Origin: an uncultured Eubacteriales bacterium
GTDB lineage: Bacteria; Bacillota; Clostridia; Oscillospirales; Acutalibacteraceae
Assembly (NCBI GenBank): GCA_934445035.1
Contig: CAKSDI010000002.1
Span: forward strand, 88,997-152,996
Direction of reading: 5' to 3'
Length of the DNA: 64,000 bases
In this document: positions 35,840 to 46,459 of the stretch, piece after piece
Position numbering within the stretch: the stretch's first letter is position 1
Layout of the letters: each line of letters starts with the position of its first letter
Translations under genes and position numbers: made by a program
The notes under the pieces: model-generated
What the model was told of the DNA's origin: nothing
Seen by the model: the letters and a program-made list of their open reading frames with translations, nothing else
The model's database searches: none

Positions 35840-36397
35840 ATGGAAGATTTTTTAAAATCAGGCGCCGCGCTCAGCGATAAAGAGATCATTTCTAAAATAA
35901 AAAGCGGAGATCGCGTTTATCTTAGAATTTTGATTGAAAGATATATGCCTTATATTATTAATGCGGCGAGGAATTATCCTTATATCGACCGCGAGGATCT
36001 TATTCAGGAGGGCAGGCTTGCCGTGTTTTCCGCGGCGGAAAGCTATGATGAAAAAATCGCCGCTTTTTCAACCTTTGTTTTCCTTTGTATAAACAGGGCG
36101 ATTTCTTCTTTTGCGAGAAGCTTTTCAGCAAAAAAGCGCGTTCCTGCGGAGCTTATTGATCCATTGGGCGAAACCGATATTCTTTCGCTTGAGGATCCCG
36201 AAAAGCTTATTATCGAAAGAGAAAATTTTGAAAATTTAAAAAATAATATAAAAAGTCTTTTATCCGAAACGGAATATAAAGTGCTTATCGGGTTTTTATC
36301 CGCAAAGAGTTACGGCGAGATAGCGGCGGAGCTTAATATATCGGAAAAATCAGTTGATAACGCACTGAGCCGCGTAAGAAAAAAGCTTAAAAAATAA
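35840..36397 (+). CDS. sigma-70 family RNA polymerase sigma factor (regions 2 and 4)
   Basis: Region 2 reads REDLIQEGRLAVFSAAESYD. The region 4 HTH reads SYGEIAAELNISEKSVDNALSRVRKKL. Confidence 0.8.
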   Translation: MEDFLKSGAALSDKEIISKIKSGDRVYLRILIERYMPYIINAARNYPYIDREDLIQEGRLAVFSAAESYDEKIAAFSTFVFLCINRAISSFARSFSAKKRVPAELIDPLGETDILSLEDPEKLIIERENFENLKNNIKSLLSETEYKVLIGFLSAKSYGEIAAELNISEKSVDNALSRVRKKLKK

Positions 36398-36498
36398 ATA
36401 TGGCCTTGGTAGCTTAAATAGCAGAGCGTTGAAAGCAAAATCAAAGATGTCGGTGCGAACCCGTCCGGGCTAATTAGAAAACAAGAGAGGTACAAAAA

Positions 36499-36795
36499 AT
36501 GTTCGAAGACAAGACTTTAGTTTGCAAGGAGTGCGGAGCGGAATTCGTTTTCACTGCAAGGGAGCAGGAGTTTTATCAGGAAAAAGGCTTTGAGAACGAG
36601 CCCCAGCGCTGTAAGGCGTGCCGCGACAAGCGCAAGAATGCAAACAGAGCGCCCCGTGAAATGCACGAGGCAGTCTGCGATGCCTGCGGCGGCGTAGCAA
36701 AGGTTCCTTTCGTTCCCCGTGACGACCGACCCGTTTATTGCAGCGAATGCTTTGCAAAAATGAAAGAGCAGAATCAGAACGACGACGCTGAATAA
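36499..36795 (+). CDS. CxxC-x17-CxxC zinc-ribbon protein (two repeats)
   Basis: CKECGAEFVFTAREQEFYQEKGFENEPQRCKAC and CDACGGVAKVPFVPRDDRPVYCSEC. Confidence 0.75.
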   Translation: MFEDKTLVCKECGAEFVFTAREQEFYQEKGFENEPQRCKACRDKRKNANRAPREMHEAVCDACGGVAKVPFVPRDDRPVYCSECFAKMKEQNQNDDAE

Positions 36796-36813
36796 TTTTT
36801 GACAATGAACCTG

Positions 36814-36851
36814 CCGCCCGGAATTTCTTTTCCGGGCGGTAAGTTTGTTTT
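36814..36851 (+). terminator. intrinsic terminator
   Basis: CCGCCCGGA/TCCGGGCGG stem followed by a T-rich tract. Confidence 0.7.
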
Positions 36852-36933
36852 CAAAAAATAATACAAATATTCATATTTTAGTAATAAAATTATTGTAAAA
36901 TTTTTTCATAAAGTTTATCAGGGGGACAGGATT

Positions 36934-37623
36934 ATGAACCGTCAAACGATCTTAATCGCGGATGATGATATAAATATTTGCGAGCTTTTAAGGCTCTATC
37001 TTGAAAAAGACGGATTTAATACCGTGGTTGCTCACGACGGAAAAGAAGCGCTTGAGCAGGCGGAAAAATTCGATGTGGACTTAATAGTGCTTGATATTAT
37101 GATGCCCCGGCTTGACGGTTGGCAGGTCTGCCGCGAGATCCGCAAGAAGAGCAATACTCCTATAATTATGCTTACTGCTAAGGGCGAGACCTTTGATAAG
37201 ATATTAGGTTTAGAATTAGGGGCTGACGATTATGTCAGCAAGCCTTTTGATTCAAAAGAGGTTGTAGCAAGAATAAAAGCCGTTCTCCGCAGAACTAACG
37301 GGGAGGACTCGCAGACCGATATAAAAGAAGTCCGCTTTGATAAGCTTATTATCAATCTTACCAATTATGAGCTGATAGTCGACGGCAAGAGGATAGACAC
37401 TCCTCCGAAAGAGCTTGAGCTTATTTATCATCTTGCAAGCAATCCGAACAGGGTTTATACCCGCGATCAGCTTCTTGATGAGGTTTGGGGCTTTGATTAC
37501 TACGGCGATTCGAGAACAGTCGATGTTCATGTTAAAAGACTCAGAGAAAAGCTTGAAAACGTTTCCGAAAAATGGTCGCTCAAAACCGTTTGGGGCGTTG
37601 GATACAAATTTGAGGTAAAGTGA
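36934..37623 (+). CDS. OmpR-family response regulator
   Basis: Receiver domain (ILIADDD...DLIVLDIMMP...LTAK) plus a winged-helix output domain (VWGFDYYGDSRTVDVHVKRLREKL). Confidence 0.9.
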   Translation: MNRQTILIADDDINICELLRLYLEKDGFNTVVAHDGKEALEQAEKFDVDLIVLDIMMPRLDGWQVCREIRKKSNTPIIMLTAKGETFDKILGLELGADDYVSKPFDSKEVVARIKAVLRRTNGEDSQTDIKEVRFDKLIINLTNYELIVDGKRIDTPPKELELIYHLASNPNRVYTRDQLLDEVWGFDYYGDSRTVDVHVKRLREKLENVSEKWSLKTVWGVGYKFEVK

Positions 37624-39056
37624 TGCGACAGCGTCTTTTCGGAAAATATTTTTTAGCATTTATGCTGATAATCATTTTAAGCCTGGGAACTTTAATGGCG
37701 ACGCTTACCCTCGTTTATAATGATTATGTTGCAGATTTAAAATATGATTCGCTCAAAAAAGTAAGCGAAAGCGTGGCGGATTTTGCCGGCGGTCAGATAT
37801 ACACTATTGATGAAGCGGCAGATAATAAAGGGCTCTACTATATTATTAAAAATCTCTGCGCTGTAAACGACAGCGATGTTTTTGTGACCAACAGTTACGG
37901 GATTATAAAGGTCTGCAGTTGCGAAGAATTCGGGATAAACGGATTTTGCGGCCATTCGGGCTCGAAAATTCCCGACAGCGTTATAAAAGGCTTCGGCAGA
38001 AAAGAGCCGAAAGGAATTGATAATCTCGATCTTTATAAGGAACAGCAATATTTCTATTCCTGCAAGCTTGTTTCTAAAAATGACAAGCAAATGGGATATG
38101 TTGTAGCCGCCTCCTCGCTTGCAAGCGTTAAGCATTTGACAAAGAAAGTCACAAGACTGTTTTTGTTCTCTTCTATTCTTCCGGTTGTGCTGATGTTCTT
38201 TGCGCTGTACGGAATGACGGTCAAGATATCTAAGCCGATAAAGCTTATGTCAGACGCTTCTAAAGCAATGGCGGGAGGAGATTTCTCAAAGCGAATTCCC
38301 GTCACGAGCGACGATGAGATAGGCGAGCTTGCCGCATCGTTTAATCAGATGACGAATTCTATTTCAAGACTTGAGGAAACAAGAAAAAGCTTTGTTGCGA
38401 ATGTTTCGCACGAGCTTAAGACTCCGATGACAACTATAAGCGGATTTGTCGACGGAATTATCGACGGTACTATAGAGCCGGAAAAACAGAATTATTACCT
38501 TAATATTGTTTCCGAAGAGATAAAAAGGCTTTCGAGAATGGTTCAGTCGATGCTCAGCATTTCAAAGCTTGAATCGGGAGAATTTGCTCTTAAATATGAG
38601 AAGTTTGATTTCAGAGAACTTCTTCTAAGGATAGTTGTAAGCCAGGAGCAGAGAATAGAGGAAAGAAATCTTGAAATTTCAGGGCTTGATTCGATAGAAA
38701 GTATCACTTTAAATGCCGATAAGGATCTTATTTACAGGGTTATTTATAATCTTGTGGATAATGCCGTTAAATTCACGGATGAGGGCGGATCGATCTCTTT
38801 CGCGCTCAGTGCGGACTCTAAGGATATGGACTTTAAGATAAGAAATACAGGCAAGGGAATACCGCAAAGCGAATTACCGCTTGTTTTCGAAAGATTTTAT
38901 AAGCTTGATAAATCGAGGTCTGCTAATAAAAACAGTATGGGACTCGGTCTTTATATAGTAAAAACAATAGTAAAATCCCACGGCGGAACGATCTCTGTAT
39001 CAAGCGTTGAAAATGAATTTACAGAATTTGAAGTAAAACTCCCTCTTATAAAATAA
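37620..39056 (+). CDS. sensor histidine kinase (HAMP, HisKA, HATPase)
   Basis: H-box FVANVSHELKTPMTTI, N-box YNLVDNAVKFT and G-box GLGLYIVKTIV. There are two TM segments. The gene overlaps the regulator's stop. Confidence 0.9.
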   Translation: MMRQRLFGKYFLAFMLIIILSLGTLMATLTLVYNDYVADLKYDSLKKVSESVADFAGGQIYTIDEAADNKGLYYIIKNLCAVNDSDVFVTNSYGIIKVCSCEEFGINGFCGHSGSKIPDSVIKGFGRKEPKGIDNLDLYKEQQYFYSCKLVSKNDKQMGYVVAASSLASVKHLTKKVTRLFLFSSILPVVLMFFALYGMTVKISKPIKLMSDASKAMAGGDFSKRIPVTSDDEIGELAASFNQMTNSISRLEETRKSFVANVSHELKTPMTTISGFVDGIIDGTIEPEKQNYYLNIVSEEIKRLSRMVQSMLSISKLESGEFALKYEKFDFRELLLRIVVSQEQRIEERNLEISGLDSIESITLNADKDLIYRVIYNLVDNAVKFTDEGGSISFALSADSKDMDFKIRNTGKGIPQSELPLVFERFYKLDKSRSANKNSMGLGLYIVKTIVKSHGGTISVSSVENEFTEFEVKLPLIK

Positions 39057-39087
39057 TTTGTATTATTGATTTTGAAAGGAAATTTTT

Positions 39088-40434
39088 ATGAGCGAAGAAA
39101 TTAATAATAATCTTAATTCAAATGACGAGGAAATAAAGCAGGAGCCTGAAACAGTTGCGGAAGAAAGCTTTAATGAGCCGGAAAAAGTCCCTGTTCCGAC
39201 TACGCTTGTCAAAGTTGAATATACTGACGACGAGCCAAATAAGGACTATTCTTCTTCCGTCAGAGGACTTAAGCTTTTTGCTTTGATAATGGCTTGCGTT
39301 ATGCTTCTTACCGCCACCTGCCTTACGGGATTTTTTATGGGCAGAAGCACTTCGCAGTATGCGAGAAATAAAAATATTACTGTAGACCTTGCGGCAAAGC
39401 CTAAGAAAACAGATCAGATGACACCTGCCCAGGTTTACGAAAAGGTCGATAAAAGCATCGTTGGAATAGTCGTTTACAATTCCGCCGGCTCCTCGGCTAA
39501 TGCAACGGGAGTTATAATTTCCGAAGACGGATATATCGTTACAAACGACCATATCTATGCCGATATAGGCGCTCCTAAATTCCTTGTTTATATGAGCGAC
39601 GGTTCTGAAAGAACAGCGGAATATATAGCAGGCGATTCTATAAGCGATCTTGCAGTGCTTAAGCTTACTAAAACCTCCGGTATAACCGCCGCCACTTTGG
39701 GAAATTCTTCAGAGCTTATTTGCGGCGAATCGGTCGTAGCGATAGGCAGACCGAGCTCCGCACAGGATAAATCGACTATCACGAGCGGAATAGTATCTCT
39801 TACCGAGCGCAGAGTTAAAACGACCTCTAATTATTCTTCAAAGCTTATTCAGACAGACAGTGCCATAAACCCCGGCAGTTCCGGAGGCGCGCTTGTAAAT
39901 ATGTACGGTCAGGTAGTAGGAATCACTTCTTCAAAGCTTGCCGGCGCTCAATATGATTCAATAGGCTTTGCAATTCCCACAACCACAGTTTCGAGAGTAA
40001 CAAAACAGCTCATCAAATACGGAAAGGTAACAGACAGGGCAAAACTCGGAATTACTTATCAGATGATAAATACTCCCGAAGCAAATGCAAAAGATCTTTC
40101 AAGCACCGGCCTTTATGTTGTTTCCGTCGGTGAGGACAGCGATCTTTACGGAAAGGTAAAAGAGGGCGATATAATTACTCATATCAACGGCACTAAAATA
40201 ACCTACGACGATATGGTGCTTAATATTATCGACGATTGCCGTGCAGGAGATACAATCAAGGTCACCGTGGTGGAATCAAACGGCGGAGTAAAAGAATACT
40301 CCGCAAAGCTTAAAGCAAATATCGGTGAATCAAGCTATTCTTCTTCTGTAAAATCAAATTCTTCCGATAAATCAAGCAGTTCTTCGGACAGCAGTTCTTC
40401 CGGCAAAACATTCGATTTCCCTTACGGCGGATAA
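39088..40434 (+). CDS. htrA: HtrA/DegP-family serine protease with a PDZ domain
   Basis: TM anchor, catalytic triad context (TNDHI, DLAVLK, GSSGGALVN), a PDZ region and a Ser-rich tail. Confidence 0.85.
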   Translation: MSEEINNNLNSNDEEIKQEPETVAEESFNEPEKVPVPTTLVKVEYTDDEPNKDYSSSVRGLKLFALIMACVMLLTATCLTGFFMGRSTSQYARNKNITVDLAAKPKKTDQMTPAQVYEKVDKSIVGIVVYNSAGSSANATGVIISEDGYIVTNDHIYADIGAPKFLVYMSDGSERTAEYIAGDSISDLAVLKLTKTSGITAATLGNSSELICGESVVAIGRPSSAQDKSTITSGIVSLTERRVKTTSNYSSKLIQTDSAINPGSSGGALVNMYGQVVGITSSKLAGAQYDSIGFAIPTTTVSRVTKQLIKYGKVTDRAKLGITYQMINTPEANAKDLSSTGLYVVSVGEDSDLYGKVKEGDIITHINGTKITYDDMVLNIIDDCRAGDTIKVTVVESNGGVKEYSAKLKANIGESSYSSSVKSNSSDKSSSSSDSSSSGKTFDFPYGG

Positions 40435-40454
40435 ACTTATAAAGTTTTTTTAAA

Positions 40455-40494
40455 AAACCGTTTCAGGATTTTCCCTATGAAACGGTTTTATTTT
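40455..40494 (+). terminator. intrinsic terminator
   Basis: AAACCGTTTCA/TGAAACGGTTT stem followed by a T-run. Confidence 0.7.
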
Positions 40495-40536
40495 GCAAAG
40501 TTCCGGGAATAATTATATTACTTTGAGGGTGATATA

Positions 40537-41781
40537 ATGAAATTTGCAAAAACGGCGGTCAGAGCGACGGCAATTTTATTTGCCGTAATTTCTTTTGCTC
40601 TGTTTTTAACGCTTTATGTTATGAAAAAAGATGTGGCTTCAAGCTATAAGGTAAATCCCGGAGAAAGCTTCAGCCTTGATTCAAAACTGCCTGTCACGGC
40701 TGTTTATAAGGGCGCAAAATTCAGGCAGGTTTCGGCGTCGTCTGTAGGGGAAAAATATAATATCGATTTAAAGCTTTTCGGCTTTATTCCTTTTTCTTCG
40801 ACCAATGTTGAGGTCGTCGATCCGTCGTATGTAACGGTGCTTGGAAATCCTTTCGGAATGAAGCTTTATACAAACGGCGTGCTTGTAATAGAAACATCAA
40901 GCGTTAACACATCAAACGGATCCGTTGATCCGGCGAAAGAAGCAGGGCTTAAAGTCGGAGATTATATCGAAACGATTGACGGCATAAGCGTTACCTGCAA
41001 CGAAGATGTTTCGGAAATTGTGAGCGGTTCTAATGGCAAAGAACTTGCGCTTAAAATAAACAGAAAGAAAAATTCTGTAAATCTTAAAATAAAACCCGTT
41101 AAAGACGAGTCCGACGGGGTTTACAGAATAGGCGTGTGGGTAAGGGACAGCTCGGCGGGAATAGGCAGCCTTACTTTTTACAGTCCGTCAGACAATGTTA
41201 TCTGCGGCCTCGGCCACGGAATATGCGATGAAGATACGGGAAGTCTGCTTGATCTGTCGTCGGGAGAAATGGTCGGAGCGGAAATATTATCCGTAAACAA
41301 AGCGTCCAACGGCAACCCCGGCGAGCTGAAAGGCAAATTCACCTTTTCTTCTTTAGCTGATATTGCCGCAAATAAATCAGACGGCGTATATGGTTTTTTA
41401 AAGGGCGAGCTTAATTTCGGCAACCTTACTAAAGTTGCGAATAAGCAGGAAGTAACCGACGGCGAAGCACAGATCTTATGCACGGTTTCAGGCGAACAGC
41501 CTAAGCTTTATTCCTGCAGTATTAAAAAGAGAAACCTGACCTATCTTTCTAAAACTCAAAATCTTTTGGTGACTGTTACCGATCCCGAGCTTTTGGATAA
41601 GGCAGGCGGAATAGTGCAGGGAATGAGCGGAAGCCCGATAATTCAAAACGGCAAGCTTGTCGGAGCGGTGACTCATGTTCTTGTTGACGATCCTAAAACG
41701 GGTTACGGAATATTTGCCGAAAATATGTTAAAAGAGGCTAAATCGGCTGCGGATGCCAAAAAACTTAAAAATGCGTCTTAA
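40537..41781 (+). CDS. spoIVB: SpoIVB peptidase (S55), sporulation signalling protease
   Basis: PDZ region (GLKVGDYIETIDG) plus the S55 domain (GIGSLTFY...GLGHGICD...GMSGSPIIQNGKLVGAVTHV). Confidence 0.85.
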   Translation: MKFAKTAVRATAILFAVISFALFLTLYVMKKDVASSYKVNPGESFSLDSKLPVTAVYKGAKFRQVSASSVGEKYNIDLKLFGFIPFSSTNVEVVDPSYVTVLGNPFGMKLYTNGVLVIETSSVNTSNGSVDPAKEAGLKVGDYIETIDGISVTCNEDVSEIVSGSNGKELALKINRKKNSVNLKIKPVKDESDGVYRIGVWVRDSSAGIGSLTFYSPSDNVICGLGHGICDEDTGSLLDLSSGEMVGAEILSVNKASNGNPGELKGKFTFSSLADIAANKSDGVYGFLKGELNFGNLTKVANKQEVTDGEAQILCTVSGEQPKLYSCSIKKRNLTYLSKTQNLLVTVTDPELLDKAGGIVQGMSGSPIIQNGKLVGAVTHVLVDDPKTGYGIFAENMLKEAKSAADAKKLKNAS

Positions 41782-41966
41782 AATAATAAAACTGCCGCGA
41801 AAAGATTTTTTCTTAACGCGGCAGAGTTTTTAAAGATACGATATTATTTAATAGGCAAAAATGTTGCTATAATTTTCAAATGTGGTATAATATTAATATT
41901 GTGTTTTAAAAAAATCCATAATTGTGCTTTATAATATAGGTATATTATGGTTAAGAGGATGAAATA

Positions 41967-42668
41967 ATGGCACTTTTTAATAAGAACGGAAAAATAATTG
42001 AGCAGTTTCTTAAAAGCAAGATAAATGAAGACGAAATAAGGCTTTTGGCACAGGAATATACAATGCCCTTTAAAGAGCTTATGGCTTATTACAGATGCGC
42101 TATGATGGAAGTTTCAACTAAGTTTAATGTTTTAAATGAAGAGCTTTCCCTGCAATATGACCGAAATCCGATAGAAAGCATCAAAACGAGGCTTAAATCT
42201 CCCGAAAGTATTCTTGAAAAATGCAAGAGAAAAAATATTCCTGTCAATGCTAAAAGTATAGAAGATAATATTTATGATATCGCGGGAGTAAGAGTTATAT
42301 GCGCTTTCCCGTCGGACATATATATGATGGCTGACGCGCTTTTAAAGCAAGACGATATTAAGCTTATAAATTTGAAAGACTATATAAAAAATCCTAAAGA
42401 AACGGGTTACAGAAGTCTTCATCTTATAGTGGAAATTCCGATTTTCCTGCACGATGAGAAAAAGTTTATGAAAGTTGAGGTCCAATTCAGGACTATTTCT
42501 ATGGATTGGTGGGCAACACTGGAACATAAAATCAAGTACAAGAAAAATTACGAGCTTACCCGCCAGACCGAAGACGAACTTAAGGAATGCGCGAGAGTGA
42601 GCGCTGAACTTGATAAAAAAATGGAACAGATACATAAGAATGTTGAAAAGTTTATTTCAATAGATTAA
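41967..42668 (+). CDS. small alarmone synthetase (RelQ/RelP-type GTP pyrophosphokinase)
   Basis: RelA/SpoT synthetase motifs DIAGVRVIC, GYRSLHLIVEIP and EVQFRTISMDWWATLEHK. The single-domain protein is 233 aa. Confidence 0.85.
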   Translation: MALFNKNGKIIEQFLKSKINEDEIRLLAQEYTMPFKELMAYYRCAMMEVSTKFNVLNEELSLQYDRNPIESIKTRLKSPESILEKCKRKNIPVNAKSIEDNIYDIAGVRVICAFPSDIYMMADALLKQDDIKLINLKDYIKNPKETGYRSLHLIVEIPIFLHDEKKFMKVEVQFRTISMDWWATLEHKIKYKKNYELTRQTEDELKECARVSAELDKKMEQIHKNVEKFISID

Positions 42669-42691
42669 AATCCGATTTAAGGAGAGATAAT

Positions 42692-44623
42692 ATGCAGGAT
42701 TTTATAAGAGTTGCGGCGGCAGTACCTGACGCGGCGGTAGCCGACCCTTTAAAGAACACCGAGAATATTCTGAATTTAGCTTATAAAGTGGCGCAAAGCG
42801 ATCCGGATATTATAGTTTTTCCCGAGCTTTGCATAACGGGATATACCTGCGCCGATCTTTTCTTTAATAATAATCTTTTGTCTTCTGCGATAGCCGGACT
42901 TAAGGAAACAGCGGAAAAAACAAAGGAAATAAAATCAGTTATAGCGGTAGGTCTGCCTATAGGAATCAGCGGCAGGCTCTATAACTGCGCCGCAGTTATT
43001 TTCGGCGGAAAGATACTCGGAATCGTTCCGAAAACCTATATCCCTACCTATAATGAATTTTATGAGGGCAGATGGTTTTCTTCGGGATCGGAACTATTAA
43101 ACGGCGAAATTTCTTTGCCTTTTGCCGATTATAAAATACCTGTCGGCACAGATCTAATTTTTGATACAGGCTCATTTAAATTCGGCTGCGAGATTTGCGA
43201 GGATCTTTGGGCAGCTGTTCCGCCAGGAAACATTCTTTCGCTTGCGGGAGCAGAGGTAATATTAAACCTTTCTGCCAGCAATGAAACGATTTCTAAAAGA
43301 AATTACCGCCGAAACCTTATCAGCCAGCAGTCGGCGTCAAGCCTTAATGCATATGTATATGTTTCGGCAGGCTGTAAGGAATCGACGACCGATCTTATTT
43401 TTTCAGGCCATAGCTTAGTCTGTGAAAACGGAAGAATTATCGCTGAAAACAAGAAAAAGATAGATACCGATTATGTGCTTATCAGCGATATAGATCTCGG
43501 TAAGATCCGCACGGACAGGTATAAGATAAAAACCTTTTCGCAATCGGCAAGCCTTAATCTTAAAAATAAAAATTTCAGAACAGTTCGTATTGATTCGGAT
43601 AAAAAGGAAAATGACGCTTTATTTTATTCAGTGTTTAAATATCCTTTCGTTCCCGAGTCTGAAAAGGACCGTGCGCAAAGGTGTATGGAAATTTTCGAAA
43701 TGCAGGTTATGGGGCTTAAAAAGCGAATGGAAATAACTAATAGCCTTCCTGTGATCGGCGTTTCGGGAGGCCTTGATTCAACGCTTGCTCTTCTTGTAAG
43801 CGCAAGAGCCGCCGCCCTTTCGGGACTTGATTCTAAATCTGTCACCGGTATCACAATGCCCGCTTTCGGAACTACCGACCGCACTCATTCGAACTCCGTT
43901 AAGCTTATGGAGCAATTAGGCGTAAATTCAGTAGAAATTCCGATAAGCAATGCTGTTATGCAGCATTTTAAAGATATCGGGCAGGATCCCGATAATAAGG
44001 ATCTAACCTATGAAAACTCTCAGGCAAGAGAGCGCACGCAGGTGCTTATGGATTATGCCGGAAAATCTCACGGCTTTGTCGTCGGCACAGGCGATCTAAG
44101 CGAGCTTGCCCTCGGGTGGTGCACCTATAATGCCGATCATATGAGTATGTACGGCGTTAATTCCTCCGTTCCTAAAACTCTCATAAGATGGATGATAGAC
44201 AGTATCATAGAAAACAATATTTTTGAAAACTGCAAAGAGGTTTTAAAGGATATTTTAGATACTCCCGTAAGCCCCGAGCTTCTTCCTCCCGATGAAAACG
44301 GAAAAATAGCTCAGCAAACTGAGGAAATCGTCGGTCCATATGCTCTCCACGATTTTTTCCTTTATTATTTTGTAAGATTCGGATTTACTCCGAAAAAAAT
44401 CTATGATCTGGCACTCCTGGCATTTAAAGGGGAATATGACAGCAATACTATAAAAAAATGGCTTATCGTTTTCCTTAAAAGATTTTTCTCACAGCAGTTT
44501 AAAAGAAGCTGTTTGCCTGACGGCGTTAAAATAGGAAGCATTTGTCTTTCTCCCAGAGGAGATTGGCGAATGCCGAGCGACGCCGAGGCGGAGATTTGGA
44601 TAAAACAGGCGGAAGAACTTTAA
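42692..44623 (+). CDS. nadE: glutamine-dependent NAD+ synthetase
   Basis: N-terminal CN-hydrolase domain (FPEL...EICEDLW) and a C-terminal PP-loop (GVSGGLDSTLALLV). Confidence 0.9.
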   Translation: MQDFIRVAAAVPDAAVADPLKNTENILNLAYKVAQSDPDIIVFPELCITGYTCADLFFNNNLLSSAIAGLKETAEKTKEIKSVIAVGLPIGISGRLYNCAAVIFGGKILGIVPKTYIPTYNEFYEGRWFSSGSELLNGEISLPFADYKIPVGTDLIFDTGSFKFGCEICEDLWAAVPPGNILSLAGAEVILNLSASNETISKRNYRRNLISQQSASSLNAYVYVSAGCKESTTDLIFSGHSLVCENGRIIAENKKKIDTDYVLISDIDLGKIRTDRYKIKTFSQSASLNLKNKNFRTVRIDSDKKENDALFYSVFKYPFVPESEKDRAQRCMEIFEMQVMGLKKRMEITNSLPVIGVSGGLDSTLALLVSARAAALSGLDSKSVTGITMPAFGTTDRTHSNSVKLMEQLGVNSVEIPISNAVMQHFKDIGQDPDNKDLTYENSQARERTQVLMDYAGKSHGFVVGTGDLSELALGWCTYNADHMSMYGVNSSVPKTLIRWMIDSIIENNIFENCKEVLKDILDTPVSPELLPPDENGKIAQQTEEIVGPYALHDFFLYYFVRFGFTPKKIYDLALLAFKGEYDSNTIKKWLIVFLKRFFSQQFKRSCLPDGVKIGSICLSPRGDWRMPSDAEAEIWIKQAEEL

Positions 44624-44648
44624 TAGAATTCGGATAAACTGTCAGTAG

Positions 44649-44681
44649 AAAGCGGCTCTAACATTGGTAGAGCCGCTTTTT
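44649..44681 (+). terminator. intrinsic terminator
   Basis: AAAGCGGCTCTA/TAGAGCCGCTTT stem followed by a T-run. Confidence 0.75.
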
Positions 44682-44773
44682 AAACGGTAGATTGAAATTA
44701 CCTTTAATTTGCCATAATATGTATATAAAGCGCTTTATTTAAAAGCCGCTTTAAAAATTTAAAAGGTGATAAT

Positions 44774-45631
44774 ATGATAACTTTGTTTACCGATACTTCG
44801 GCAAATCTTACAAAAAATATAACGGATGAATATAATATAAAAGTCATTCCTTTCGGCTATACCGTAAACGGGGAAGAGATATCCTATAAAGATACGGTCG
44901 ATTTTGACGGAAAGAAATTTTATGACGCTATGCGCGGCGGCGCAGATGTAAAAACATCAATGATAAATATTTCTTTGATTTCCGAAGCTTTGGAAGAAGA
45001 ATTAAAGCAAGGCAACGATGTTATTTATATCACAATGTCGGGCGGCATAAGCGGCACGGCTCATTCAGCAAAGCTTGCCGCGGAAGAATTAAGAGAAGAA
45101 TATAAAGATAGAAAAATAGCCGTGATAAATTCGCTTGCCGCCTCTTTAGGCGAGGGACTTCAGGTAATAAGAGCCGCAAAATATTTAAAAGCGGGCGCAA
45201 GCTTCGAAGAGGTTGTAGATTACTGCGAAGATATGAAAAATAAAATATGTCAGTATTTCACTGTCGATGATCTTGAATATTTAAAGCGCGGAGGAAGAAT
45301 AAGCCGCCTTGCAAGCGCAGTCGGCACAGTTCTTAAAATAAAGCCTGTTTTAAGAGGCGACGATGATGGAAAAATCGTTATGTGCGCAAAGATACGCGGC
45401 AGAAAAAACGCGCTTTCATCGCTTGCGGATTATTATGAAGAGCTGTGCGAAGATAAATCTTCGGATATAGGAATTGCCCACGCCGATGATGAAAACGACG
45501 CTTCCCACTTGCTTGAGATCTTAAAAGAAAGAGGCTTTAAGGGAAATTGCCTTACTGTCTGTTATGAACCCGTGACCGGCGCTCATGTGGGCCCCGGAAC
45601 GGTTGCGCTTTTCTTCTTTAAGAATATGTAA
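44774..45631 (+). CDS. DegV family fatty-acid-binding protein
   Basis: DTSANL...KTSMIN...ISGTAHSA...RGGRISRLASAVGTVLKIKPVL...HADDEN. The protein is 285 aa. Confidence 0.85.
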   Translation: MITLFTDTSANLTKNITDEYNIKVIPFGYTVNGEEISYKDTVDFDGKKFYDAMRGGADVKTSMINISLISEALEEELKQGNDVIYITMSGGISGTAHSAKLAAEELREEYKDRKIAVINSLAASLGEGLQVIRAAKYLKAGASFEEVVDYCEDMKNKICQYFTVDDLEYLKRGGRISRLASAVGTVLKIKPVLRGDDDGKIVMCAKIRGRKNALSSLADYYEELCEDKSSDIGIAHADDENDASHLLEILKERGFKGNCLTVCYEPVTGAHVGPGTVALFFFKNM

Positions 45632-45636
45632 TAAAT

Positions 45637-45664
45637 AAAAGACGGCGATTATTCGCCGTCTTTT
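45637..45664. terminator. bidirectional terminator overlapping the 3' end of the deacetylase gene
   Basis: AAAAGACGGCG/CGCCGTCTTTT. Confidence 0.7.
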
Positions 45665-46410
45665 ATTCTGCACTGGGTTCCGTCGTGCTTTATTTCATAA
45701 TTTTCTTTATAAATAAGGTCGCTAATAAATACGAATTCATAGCCCTCGTCTTTTAGGCATTTTAAAATCGTGGGGAGAGCCTCGGGGGTGTGGTCGGCGT
45801 CGTTATGGAATAATACGATACTGCCGTTCGTCACTTTTGAAGTTACCCTTTTGCAAATGCTGTCGGGAGTAGCGCTGTCTTTCCAGTCAAGACTGTCTAC
45901 CGACCATTGAATTGCGTGCATTCTTTCGTTTTCAACAGCCTCTACCACGCAGTTATCATAATCTCCGTATGGAGGTCTGAAAAGGGTGGGGCACTTGCCT
46001 GTAATACTTTTGATTTTTTCGTTGCATGTTTCTATTTCATTTTTCATTTGCTCTGTGGAAAGCTTTGTCATATAAGGGTGGGAATTTGAATGGTTTTGTA
46101 TCTGATGACCTGCTTTATCCAAAGCCTCGACCGATTCGGGGTATTTATCCACCCAACTGCCGACCACAAAAAATGTGGCGGGAACATTATATTCTTTTAA
46201 AATATCTATGAGCGTCTGAGTGTCGTCATTGCCCCAAGCCGCGTCAAATGAGATCGCAATTTGCTTTTTATCGGTTTCAACGCAGTATATAGGCAGTTTG
46301 GTTTCCTTTGCCGCAAAAGCCGCCGTTGATCCTATTGCTATTATGATGGCGCTGAGCAATACTCCGAAGCTAAGCATCAGCTGTTTTTTACTTAAAATAA
46401 AGCATTTCAT
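45649..46410 (-). CDS. polysaccharide deacetylase (NodB homology domain), secreted or anchored
   Basis: Signal/TM sequence at the N-terminus. FDAAWGNDDT, HSNSHPYM, RPPYGDY and LFHND motifs are present. Confidence 0.85.
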   Translation of the reverse strand: MKCFILSKKQLMLSFGVLLSAIIIAIGSTAAFAAKETKLPIYCVETDKKQIAISFDAAWGNDDTQTLIDILKEYNVPATFFVVGSWVDKYPESVEALDKAGHQIQNHSNSHPYMTKLSTEQMKNEIETCNEKIKSITGKCPTLFRPPYGDYDNCVVEAVENERMHAIQWSVDSLDWKDSATPDSICKRVTSKVTNGSIVLFHNDADHTPEALPTILKCLKDEGYEFVFISDLIYKENYEIKHDGTQCRIKDGE

Positions 46411-46459
46411 AAAATTAGCCCGCCTTTCACATACTTAAATATATGAAAGCGGGCTTGTA

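Noticed and set aside
36400-36480. A tRNA-like stretch (GGTGCGAACCC resembles a T-arm) between the sigma factor gene and the Zn-ribbon gene.
   Set aside because: No complementary acceptor stem is present, the T-loop is non-canonical (TGCGAAC), and no 5-bp anticodon stem exists. It is not a tRNA, and I could not assign any other RNA family by eye.
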